Source: Strigamia acuminata
Taxonomy: Eukaryota
Length of the DNA: 64,000 nucleotides
Direction of reading: 5' to 3'
NCBI GenBank assembly: GCA_949358305.1
Contig: OX442314.1
Location: 15,190,001 to 15,254,000, forward strand
Position 1 is the stretch's first letter; each line of letters opens with the position of its first letter. The notes under the pieces are model-generated. The model was not told the DNA's origin and did not search any database. It saw only the letters and a program-made list of their open reading frames with translations. The position numbers and the translations under genes were made by a program. Shown piece after piece: positions 42,073 through 54,936 of the stretch.

Positions 42073-43446
42073 ATGCCTTACAAGAAATCACCGCCATGCC
42101 TGGAAGAATTGTGTTTCGATTTCTTAATCATTCATTACGATGTTATACAAGATAAATTAGTGAATCTACCTTTGATATTTATGGATGAAATCCGTGAACG
42201 TATGCGTCTGCATGAATTCAAGCATGCAGACAAACGAATTATGTCCTCAGACATTTTTCTTAATTCAAGCACCAGATCATTAGGCGATTTTACTTCGTTA
42301 GATCTGCCCATGGAATCTTTATTTGACAGAATCGGCCAAGTTTGTGAAAGGCTCGTAGCATTAAACTTGAATTGTAAGAGAAATGAGTGGGTTAAAGTTT
42401 CATCCAAATCTTTAATCAAACTGGTGCAAGGTTTACCAAAAATTGAACGTTTATCCTTCAAGTGGCAGAGTAGATTCACGGACAAAGTTTTAACGGCGAT
42501 TGCTAAAAATTGTCCTCTATTGACACATCTCAACATCGCTCATACTGTTATTACCGATCGTAGTCTCTATTTGTTACCAGACGGGTGCCCGAAACTCGAA
42601 TTTTTAAATGTCAGCTCGGTTGGAGGAGTGACAAGCGAGGTAGGTATTTTTATTCTAAACCACCTGCCACTTTTAAAAAAATTTATGTATGAATTCTGGG
42701 GCGAATTAATTGTTTCGATAAAAGAAAAATTTAATTCAAACGAGATATTGCCTATTTATTTGATCAACGAATTATGGGAAGCGACATTATTAATATCCTC
42801 CGAAGATTTCAATATTCTGCCAACTATTTTCCCCAATTTGCGCACAATATGTATTGACAATCCTGAATTTTCAGGTCTGGAATTTAATATTGCCTTAAAG
42901 TCGGCCCAACGATTGTCAACTCTACTTCTATATGAGGTTACATTTCTTGATCTAGGGCTTGTGGATCGCCACTGTCCAAGGTTGGAGGGTTTATCATTAA
43001 ACAAGTGTTCCATTGTAAACGTACCCGGCAATACTGTTTCGTTTAAGAGTCTAAGTGCACTACAAGTAGTTGAAACTGAAATCACTAAATTACAATTGGA
43101 AATGCTTTTAATGCAATGCATTAATTTAGAACATTTAGCATTTGTCAAATGTGCCGTCGTCTCTGACAAATTATGTTCGCAACTTATCGCAGTCAAGGCG
43201 CTTCGAAATGTAAAATGGATATTAATTTCGAAGTGCCGGTCAATTAGTTTCGGGTGTATTAAAAAATTGTTAGAAATCGAAAGTCCGTTGAAAATGTTGA
43301 TGTGCGATACATTTGATGCTTCTGATGGTACAATTCAAGCGTACATTCGAAGGAAAAACTTGGATTTGCAGTTTTTGAATTCAGTTGGGATAAAATTGTA
43401 TTATAAAAAAGAAAGACGTTTTGGTATCCACGATTTCATAATTTGA
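42073..43446 (+). CDS. Intronless RNI-like LRR protein (457 aa) with N-terminal BC-box/Cul2-box-like motif, copy 2
   Basis: Uninterrupted ORF beginning PPCLEELCFDFL...LPLIFMDEI, followed by LRRs such as CPLLTHLNIA, CPKLEFLNVS and CPRLEGLSL. An AATAAA lies just after the stop. Confidence 0.85.
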   Translation: MPYKKSPPCLEELCFDFLIIHYDVIQDKLVNLPLIFMDEIRERMRLHEFKHADKRIMSSDIFLNSSTRSLGDFTSLDLPMESLFDRIGQVCERLVALNLNCKRNEWVKVSSKSLIKLVQGLPKIERLSFKWQSRFTDKVLTAIAKNCPLLTHLNIAHTVITDRSLYLLPDGCPKLEFLNVSSVGGVTSEVGIFILNHLPLLKKFMYEFWGELIVSIKEKFNSNEILPIYLINELWEATLLISSEDFNILPTIFPNLRTICIDNPEFSGLEFNIALKSAQRLSTLLLYEVTFLDLGLVDRHCPRLEGLSLNKCSIVNVPGNTVSFKSLSALQVVETEITKLQLEMLLMQCINLEHLAFVKCAVVSDKLCSQLIAVKALRNVKWILISKCRSISFGCIKKLLEIESPLKMLMCDTFDASDGTIQAYIRRKNLDLQFLNSVGIKLYYKKERRFGIHDFII

Positions 43447-44627
43447 TGATCTCGAGTGTTTGTGTAAATAAATATATTATCACCACTATATGTATTATTT
43501 TTAATTACTCTGGTTTGACACAAATTGTTTTGTGTGAATGGTTTGTTTGTTTACATTTTGCAGTTATTAGGGATCCACATTTCCACTGACAAGTGAGAGA
43601 AAGACGAGTTTCCTTCCAAATTTTCAAATTTTTCCTGCAATTTGTCCAGAAATGTCGACAGTTCTTAAAAACCAATGCTGAGCTTCCCTGCCTAAATGGC
43701 TGATTTTTGTACGTACTTAAGTACGTATGAAACGAATAGCCACGGCGAATTCTATTGTTAGAATTGTAAACAAAATATAAACATAAAAGTACCGTACCTA
43801 CTTGTTGTTTAGCTGCACTAATGCATTTTTTTCAGTTTCGGTTCTTGCTTCTGACAAAAATTGTATAAAAGTTCAATAAACATGAAATACAATTTGTGTT
43901 CAAAAACATTTTTCTCAACATACGAACTTAGAATTGGACGTGTATATGTTGTTGGCATTTTAACTAGAATATCTCGCAGACCATTCTTGCAAATTGACAC
44001 ACTAAATATTACAAACAAGTAAAAAACTGATGCAAGCAGATCCAATACCGTATACGTATAAGCTTAAATAAAGAATCATACATTTATTACTTTTTTGATA
44101 ATGTTATACTTTTTAGATAATTATTTATAATTGCCTAACTATAATATAAACAAATCCGATTTGAAATATTTTTATATAAACAGAAATAAAAACATTGCCA
44201 AATCGCAAAACATAACTACAAAAGCCTATTAAAAAATCTATAAAAGTTACGACAACACTTCAGAGTCAAAAGGTATTGACTATTGACACACTTGGCCAAT
44301 TTCCCAACAGCCAATAATTCGGCAAAAATTGTCATCCGGTTCAGTCAGTGACAACCTTGCTCGTCAGTCAACTTCAGTCCACACCACCAAATCATTGCCC
44401 AAGAAAACGTGTTACACTTCAGACTTTATCAAACAATAGAAAACACACTTCTGTGTCCGATAAGCATATCTGAAAAGACAAAATGAACTTTACAACCGTG
44501 TGTTTGTTTTGATAATTGTTTTTAGATAATGAGGAAGTCGAATGTTATAAGTGACAATTTTCAGTGAATGCAACTACTTTGCAATCTCTCTTCTTTCATG
44601 GTCATGTAATTTGTAAGTAAGTCAGCC

Positions 44628-45269
44628 ATGTTAGACAATTGGCTGTCGATTTGCATCTTCACACCGATTATAGTGGCATACTGGCGTGGTACCTGGCAGC
44701 TACTTGATCACAGATTAGAGGAATACATTCCTCTAATCTGTGTACTTGATCTTTACCTGTGGCCAGAATCTGAACGATGCCTCAATTCATTAACATCTTT
44801 TACCATTGGCGTGGCAACAATTACCGTCCTCTGTATTCCACAAACTCTGATCACCAAAAACATCACGATTGCCAGACTAGGCAAAGCAACATTTTTCCTC
44901 TTATCTCGTTTTTATACTGTTCTTTTTGCATTTGTCGGAGTCAATCATTGGCGTGAAGTTTGGATCATCATGAAATGTCAAATAGGAATCGAATGGTGGT
45001 CAACTGGATTTGCAGTTGCAGTTGCTGCCATTACATTGGATTGTCTTCGCACATTGAAAACAGTGTTAGCGTCTCCTTTTTTAGTTTGTATCGATGATGA
45101 GTTGGATTATTTCAAAGTTCCCACACTTTTCAAAACTAAAGTCAGTATTTACATTTTTTGTTTAGAAAGAGAAGATTATTACAATGAATATCTTTTTCTG
45201 TAAGGCAAACCGAATAACATGCGTTTTTATTGTGGATGTGCTTATATCTGTGGTAGTGGTCGGTTCATT
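44628..45269 (+). pseudogene. Truncated fuseless duplicate
   Basis: Paralogous to 32742-33339 with a 42-bp in-frame insertion and a G-to-E change in a WRG motif. Homology breaks off in exon 2 at about 45269. Confidence 0.85.
44701..44750. mobile_element. 34-bp palindromic insert with 8-bp TSD (probable excision footprint)
   Basis: TACTTGAT-[CACAGATTAGAGGAAT AC ATTCCTCTAATCTGTG]-TACTTGAT. The paralog has a single TACTTGAT at 32815-32822. Confidence 0.9.
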
Positions 45270-45287
45270 TGGCACACTCTTGATTCA

Positions 45288-45320
45288 TACCTGTACACAG
45301 ATCTAATCTGTGTACCTGTA
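45288..45320. mobile_element. 17-bp insert of the same family with 8-bp TSD
   Basis: TACCTGTA-[CACAGAT CTAATCTGTG]-TACCTGTA. Confidence 0.8.
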
Positions 45321-47089
45321 TGACAGAAACTGGATATAGAGGACTTAGTCTTCTGCCAGGTCAGCACAGGAATTGGATACAGAGGCAGGGCTGGAATGGG
45401 AACAAATTTATGGTCGGGAAATCTGGGTGTCCGGGCCACAATTAATGAAGTCGGGACAGGCTACAGCCGGCTGCGACAGGCCACAGCGGCCACGGGCCAG
45501 TCCAGCACTGTACAGAGGACCCATTCAGGATTAAGCCATTGGCAAGTGGCGCAGCTTCATTGCAACAACAACTTTTTTGTATCTAATATAACACCCTCCG
45601 GATGGAAACGAAGAAAACTCCTAACGAACTTCCGGGTTGTTTTTACACAGGGAAGAAAAAATTTCGTGTACGTAATTTGAAATAATTCCATAATTTCCAC
45701 GTTTCTACTTTGAAAAAAAAAAAGAATGAGTCTAAAATTTTGAAAATTTGATTATTCATCTTAATAGCTGAGATGCTGTTCATCATCATCTCTGACAGAA
45801 AAGAAAAAAGATCCTTTGTAGTTGCGTGATTTAGATTTTCTTTTTTTTCATCAGACAGTTCGTAAATCTGTGGCTGAGAAAATTCTTGAAGAAAGAGAGT
45901 GAGAGAGAATCTACAAACTTGCATCGCGTAATGATGAGGAGTAATGCGAGAGGCTTGCTCTAAAATTGGTGAGCCTCTGGAAATCAAGCTTCGCCAAACT
46001 CTTTTAGCAAGAATATTGCATCTACTCACAAGTCAGTACGAGTAAACTTGTAAAATAAGCACAAAAAAGGTTTGATAAGCAGAAAAACAAAATTTTAAAA
46101 AACAACGCTATTAGCAGATAATTGGTAACTCTCTGTCCGTTTGGCTTGTAATTTGTTTGTTAATTGCATGTTGGTGAAGGAGAAAAGAAAGCAAAATAAA
46201 AGTGCAAAGTGTTGTTTTTATTAGACGTGTTTTTATTGATTTTTTTTATCCTGGTTTGATCCTGTTTTTATCCTGTTTTTGGCTGGAAAAGAACGTTAAT
46301 TTTGATGTATTAATAAAGTGTATTAAAAATTATAACTGTTCGTAAGCTGCAGCGCCGCTAAACAATCGTTTTTAGCATATTCGTTACGCTATCGCCAACT
46401 ACTTGTATATAATTGTACCATTTTGGTGAATAAAGGTTTTTTAGACTATTTTACAAAATAATATCAGACTAAACATCTCTGTGCATTGATGTTTCGTGTT
46501 TGGTTTAAAAATTAATTTGGAGTAACTGTGATAAAAATTTTTTTTTTTCTCAATAGTCACAGGCATCGAATTAATTTATTTAATAGAAAAATTTATTGCT
46601 TTTAATATTTTTTGAATCTTGATGTTTTCACAAGTATTTTAGCTTTTAAGCGGGTATGCCAATAAAATCAAGACGATTTTCAGTTGTTTTGGAAATTAAC
46701 AAAAGGTAGCAGTATAATGCGGTCAAAACATTATATAACCTCGATATGACATCACCTTGTTAAGGCACCAAGAATAATTATGATTTTAACATTCAGGTTT
46801 ATCAGAGAAGAAATTAAAGAGAAAAAAAATTCAATAAATCTTTACAATGAATAGTAACACAATATTATCTAAACTGTTTCTGAAATCTGTTTTTAGAAAT
46901 GTTAAGTTTTCCTTTCCTCGCTGATTTTTCAATTATTGCACACCATTTAATTGCAAGTGATTTCGCAGAAATAAAGAAATCAGAATAAAGCAAAAAATAT
47001 TATATTTTAGACACCAAAACGTTATAATACAGAATCAATGTTCTTTTTTTTTTTTACTAATTATAATCATTACATTTAAGGTTTTTTCA

Positions 47090-47260
47090 ATTATTTCAAA
47101 GTTCCCACACTTTTCAAAACTAAAGTCAGTATTTACATTTTTTGTTTAGAAAGAGAAGATTATTATAACGAATATCTTTTTCTGTAAGGCAAACCGAATA
47201 ACATGCGTTTTTATTGTGGATGAGCTTATATCTGTGGTAGTGGTCGGTTCATTTGGCACA
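47090..47260 (+). pseudogene. Third fuseless fragment (end of exon 1, intron, start of exon 2)
   Basis: Near-identical to about 45106-45278, including the same breakpoint sequence TTCATTTGGCACAC. Confidence 0.8.
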
Positions 47261-47310
47261 CAACCTAGGTGTTGACCAGCTTAGGTGATGGTTTGACGAT
47301 TTCATTTTTT

Positions 47311-47580
47311 TTAAGCTTTTCGTATTTCTATTAACTTGCCGTTTATTTCTGCACTGCTAGTTCTGCCTAGTATTTTATCCTTAGTATTTTTTTTTTTGAA
47401 CAAGATTTTTCCACCCTTTTTCCCCTTGCTCATGTTCAAATGTTCAATTGTCATTCCGAGATCTGAGAAATATTTGATAATATCTTTCTTTTTGAACGTG
47501 TCTTTCTTGTCAACGCCATAAAAGCGCACATCGTATTTTTCACCCGCCGCTTCTCCATAGGGAACCATTCCTGCCGCCAT
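47311..47580 (-). CDS. Small basic protein, possibly a divergent RRM fold
   Basis: 89-aa ORF immediately after an acceptor (ttttttag|ATG). The pattern VRFYGV..IIKYFSDLG..IEHL..GGKILF..EINGKLIEIRKA fits RRM topology. Confidence 0.45.
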   Translation of the reverse strand: MAAGMVPYGEAAGEKYDVRFYGVDKKDTFKKKDIIKYFSDLGMTIEHLNMSKGKKGGKILFKKKNTKDKILGRTSSAEINGKLIEIRKA

Positions 47581-48836
47581 CTAAAAAAAAATATATATAT
47601 ATTAAAAATAATCGTATTAAACTCATTATTAAAAATTTTAAACTTCCCACAAAATTAGAAAAATGTTAGTTTAAATTGCTTTAAATACTGTAGTACCTGC
47701 AAAATCAAATTTAAATTTCACGTTACAAACCCAAAAAAATTACACCTTTAAAGATGTGAAACCTTTGCTAAGCCAGTAAATTTGATGCGACAGAACACAC
47801 ACAAGTAAAGTATCGTACTTAGAAAATACCATATTACAAAAAAAAAAACGTCTACGGAATCGACTCATACGATAGAAATTTTTTAACTTAACTGCAACAT
47901 CTGATAAAATTACAAGGCAACATACCTGTACAGACTTAACAAATCACCAAAAGTACACCCATATTTTTACTGATCAACAGTAAATAAAAAAAGCCATTTT
48001 TCCTTTAAAAAGAAAAAGAAAATTTCTCCTAATTATTGTTATCTAACAAATCCTTCTGTACAGTTTAGTGCAGAATAAATCGAATGTTAAAACGGACACA
48101 AAAATAATAATTATGATTATAACAGTCAGGTTTATCAAATAAGAAATTAAAAGAGGAAAAAATTCAATAAATCGCTACAATGAATGGTGACACAATGTTA
48201 TCTAAACCGTTTCTGAAATCTGTTTTTAAGACTGTTAAGTTTTCCTTTCCTCGCTGAATTTTCTATTATTGCAAATGCACACCATTCAATTACAAATGAT
48301 TTCACAGCAATAAAGAAAGCAGAATAAAGCAAAAAATATTATATTTTAGACACCAAAACTTTATAATACAGAATTAATCTTTTTTTTTTTTTTTTTTTAC
48401 TAATTATAATCATTACATTTAAGGTTTTTTCAATTAAATTGTTAATTTGGTGCCTTAAAAAGTATTTTTTGTATACAAATTAAATATGCTAATCAAAAGA
48501 TTTGAGGTGAATACAACAGTGTTGTCACATGGTTTCAGATTAAAACAATTTAATCATACATGTTAGGAAGTTGACAACAAAAATAAAAAATCTGTCCCAG
48601 TATTAGCCATTAAATTAGAATTTTAAAATAAATGAATAAAAAAATTAAATATTTAAAACGATTTAAAATGATTTAAAATGTACAACCTGATTAAGTATAA
48701 TGTCAATGTGATTTAATGAATAAAACCAGAGATTCTGAAAATTATAAAGTTGTCTCGCTCAACTCGTACGATTATGTCGTGTTGTGAGAAGTGTCACGAG
48801 TCACGGTAATGAGTAATGATCAATATACAAACCTTA

Positions 48837-49384
<548 letters not shown>

Positions 49385-49686
49385 CTGTAAATAAAAATGA
49401 GACATTTTTAATTTCCAAACGTACAATTTCGTCGTATTTAGAGCCCGTTTCCAAAGTATTTTACATCACACCGCGACGATATTTTACGAAAAACGAACAC
49501 TTTTTCTTACATCAAATTCAAACTCGCAAGCAAAGAAAGCAATATAAAAAAATTTCTTTTGTTATCGTTTGTTTCGCAAGCAATACCAGCTGGTCGAAAC
49601 TTTAAAAAATATAAAACTTACCAAAATGGTGATTTATTTTAATCCGCCTTGTAGGTAGTTGTGCCTGCAACTGAGCATTTATTTTA

Positions 49687-49842
49687 CACCATCTAGTTAT
49701 ATTATGGGCTTCAGTGACGTCGTACCAATGTGAGCTCTTGTTAAAAATTTGAATATTTAAATTTGAATATTTGAATATTTAAATTTAAATAATATAGTCC
49801 AAGATACGTAAAACGTCCAGCCCATAATATAACTAGATGCTG
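49687..49842. mobile_element. TA-flanked MITE at a duplication junction
   Basis: 24-bp TIR CA(C/G)CATCTAGTTATATTATGGGCT with TA on both sides. Confidence 0.75.
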
Positions 49843-49850
49843 TAAAACCC

Positions 49851-49881
<31 letters not shown>

Positions 49882-51063
49882 ACACCTTTAAAGATGTGAA
49901 AAATTTGCTAAGCCAGTAAATTTTATTCGACAGAACACATACAAGTAAATTATCGTACTTAGAAAATACCATATTACAAAAAAAAAAAAAACGATATTAG
50001 AACGTCTACGGAATCGACTCATACGATAGAAAATTTTTAACTTAACTGCAACATCTGATAAAATTACAAGGCAACATACCTGTACAGACTTAACAAATCA
50101 GCAAAAGTACACGCATATTTTTACTGATCAACAGAGTAAATCAAAAAAAGCCATTTTCCCTTTAAAAAGAAAAAGAAAATTTCTCCTAATTATTGTTATC
50201 TAACAAATCCTTCTGTACAGTCAAGTGCAGAATAAATTAACTTGCACGGGCAATCATTTAGTGAAATTGAACCCAAGTATTATATATATATATCATATGT
50301 ATACTGCAATAATTTGTATTTCTTTAAAAAAAAATAGAAAAAAAAGAGACCTCCAAATCAAACTACAAAAATATTGTCATCACCTCCCCCCTATTAAATC
50401 GAATGTTAAAAAAGAAACGAAAAAAATAATTATGATTTTAACATTCAGGTTTATCAGATATTAAAGAGGAAAAAAAAATCAATAAATCTTTACAATGAAT
50501 GGTGACACAATGTTATCTGAACTGTTTCTGAAATCTCTTTTTAGGAATGTTAAGTTTTCCTTTCCTCGCTGATTTTTCAATTATTGCACACCATTCAATT
50601 GCAAGTGTTTTCACAGAAATAAAGAAACCAGAATAAAGCAAAAAATATTATATTTTTAGACACCAAAACTTTGTAATACAGAATCAATCAATCTTTTTTT
50701 TTTTTTACTAATTATAATCATTACATTTAAGGTTTTTTCAATTAAATTGTTAATTTGGTGCCTTAAAAAGTATTTTTTGTATACAAATTAAATATGCTAA
50801 TCAAAAAATTTGGGGCAAATACAGCAGTGATGTCACATGGTTTCACAGATTAAATCAATTCAATCATATATCATGCGAAGTTGACAACAAAAATGAGAAA
50901 TCTGTCCCAGTATTAGCCATTAAATTAGAATTTTTTTATGTCAAAGATTTGTACACAATTTTCAATGATTTTTAGTGGTCATATTATAATCAATACTTTT
51001 TTCTTGCAACAATTTACCATTTTTTGTGTCAAATCTGCCTGCTATTAAAGGTCTAAATCTTGT

Positions 51064-52467
<1,404 letters not shown>

Positions 52468-53110
52468 AGTTCGATGTTTGCTCTATTCTCTGCGTAAGAA
52501 AACTATCGGCTCAGCCGTCAACAATTTACTGTATTGGAGGGTGTTTAAAGAACGTTTAGTCAGACACCCTCAAAATGGCTGCCACCTCCTCTAGATTTCA
52601 ATTATGCCTAGAGGGTTCGTGATATTTCGTCATCGACTACGTCACCAAATGTACAGTTCTTGTAATTTTCAATGCCGGCTGGGAATCATATGGTTCGGAT
52701 GATTCATCTTCAGTTGGTCCTTTGGAAAAATGTGAGAAATTCCGTGAAGATTAAATAAAAATAGACAAATAGAACGGGAAATATGCTGTCAAAAAACAAA
52801 AGACAAAATTTCAATGTTCCCATTTCTTGATTTCTAATTTAGTTCTTGATTAGCATAGCAGGCATTTTACAATTTTTTTAAAAAAAAATAATTATAATTG
52901 TATCAAATAATTTAGAGGTTCGCCATTTGTATGAAATATTTTTTTTTCTTTCAAATTTAGAATAGCTATTTTTTCATATTGGAACCGAGTAGATTTTTGG
53001 TTTTTTGTACCCAGAACAATATCAATAAATTCTGTTGAGAATTCACATTGTTACATTCTATTTTTACCTCTCAAGATATTGAAGCAAAATCCCATATGCT
53101 CTTTTACAGA

Positions 53111-54707
53111 CTTCTGATTTTTCAAAGTTTAAATACGACCAGGTGTTTGCCAAACGTATCAACGATACAAAACAAGCTCGTACACTTTCGCAGCTGATTT
53201 CGGACATGAAAACATACTTGTTTCTTTCAGGAAAAAATTATGTCTCTTAGAACATTTAAAAAGTAATGAATAAAATAAAACCTCGGATAGATACAGCAAC
53301 TCAAAACATGATGTTTCAGAAAATCTTTAATTAAGGAACAACTGGAACAAACTGCGCGAGAAAAGAGAACTTCAGAATTATTAACATGCGAAAAGACATT
53401 TTCTTTGTCGCAGCAAAACACAATTATAGAAATGCGAGAAAAACATGCGTATGTATCTGCGTTTGAAATTCGATTTCAGATTTTTACACGTTGCATTTGA
53501 ATAGTCAACAGCTTGAAAAAATTCGGCAAGAAAATAATGATTTGACTTTACAACTGGCAGACTCTGAGGATGGAATTCAAATTATGCAATCATATATGCA
53601 TGAACAATCTGAACAACACATGGCTGAGGTAAAACTATAAAAATTAATTTTACTTTGTTGCTTATAACCAAATAAACTACACACAGATTGCAAGGTTTGA
53701 ATACAGACGTAACGAAATGATGTCACAAACTCAGAAAGAATTGGAAAATAAAGTAAAAATAAACTACTTATTAACTATTAATTGCTAAATATTAATTTCT
53801 GTATTAGGACTTGCATTATAGAAATATAATCTCGGCTCTTGAGAAGAAATTAAATGTTGCTGAAATAGAAATATCTTATTTAAAAAACTACAAAAAACCT
53901 CAGATTGATGCGATAGTTCAAACCAGCGTTGAAGCAGCTACGGTCATTGAGTTAATCTTTTACGAGTGCAAATCGTTAAATAAACATTTTAAATTCTTTA
54001 GAAATTTTCTGCTCAGCGAACAATTCTTCTAAGTGAACATTTGACAACGTTAAAAAGTATAAAGGAAGAATTTTATAAAGAAAAATTTAAAATTCACGAA
54101 GAGTACCAAGAAAAATTGTCAAAAACGACTGACCAGAATCAGAAAAAGTATTTAGCACAAAAAATATACTCAACTATAAATCTTAAAGTCAGTACATCGT
54201 TGCAGAGAAGCGGACAATTCAATCGTTGATAAGCGAAACTTTGAAAGTTCTAAATTGTGCGAAGGTTCAAAAATAGTGGCTACACTGGAACATCAAAAAA
54301 GTGCCAAAGATAAAAAGAAAATGCAGGAGCTCATTGAGTACTATTTAAAATGTCTGGATGAAAAAAATATGCAATGCCGGAGACAACAGGAATTGATTCA
54401 AAAAGTGCCGCACCATCTAATTCTAAACCGATTATATTATGCCATATTGTTTTCTTCTATTTTCGCGCAGTTGCAAATACTGAAAAGACGTCAAGCAGAT
54501 AAAATTCAACAATTAATGAAAAGCGTTAATCAAAAGAACACATCTCAGTGTACTACGACTCGCGATTTTAAAAATCTACTAACTAAACGAGACATTTCAA
54601 CGGTCAAAAACTTAGTACAGCAAGTTATAGTCCAGAGTACTGAGGTAATAAATAGCTACGGTATAGTTTCTTTTCTGTCTTATTTCTTTTTATATTAGCA
54701 GAATTAA
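53111..54707 (+). CDS. Hypothetical multi-exon coiled-coil protein (5' end unresolved)
   Basis: Series of E/K/Q-rich open segments separated by short GT-AG introns, e.g. KSLIKEQLEQTAREKR, ISALEKKLNVAEIEISYLK, MQELIEYYLKCLDEKN. Confidence 0.5.
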
Positions 54708-54936
54708 ATTAGAAGCAGAAAGAAGATATTTTAAACACCGTATTTTGTTCAGCATTTTAAAAAGAAAAAATCAAAATTTTGTATACGCAAAATTTGTTTG
54801 TCTTTAAGGTGAACTCTGCCTGTTTATTTATAAAAAAAGAAGCTTAAACCTTTTACATTTTGTTTTAAATTCAAAACATTTATACTGTACAATGTTAATT
54901 TAAATTCTCGAAGAAATGCATAAATTAAAACCTGAG

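Noticed and set aside
37722..43196. Minus-strand ORFs of 131-146 aa, present twice
   Set aside because: Antisense shadows of the LRR genes, duplicated along with them.
44046..44052. Further TACCGTA heptamers (also near 31588 and 55680)
   Set aside because: No clean empty-site paralog is available, so they cannot be distinguished from chance.
49851..49879. Long poly(A) run suggesting a retrocopy tail
   Set aside because: It is an expanded version of the A7 run in the paralog near 47733, with no processed gene upstream.
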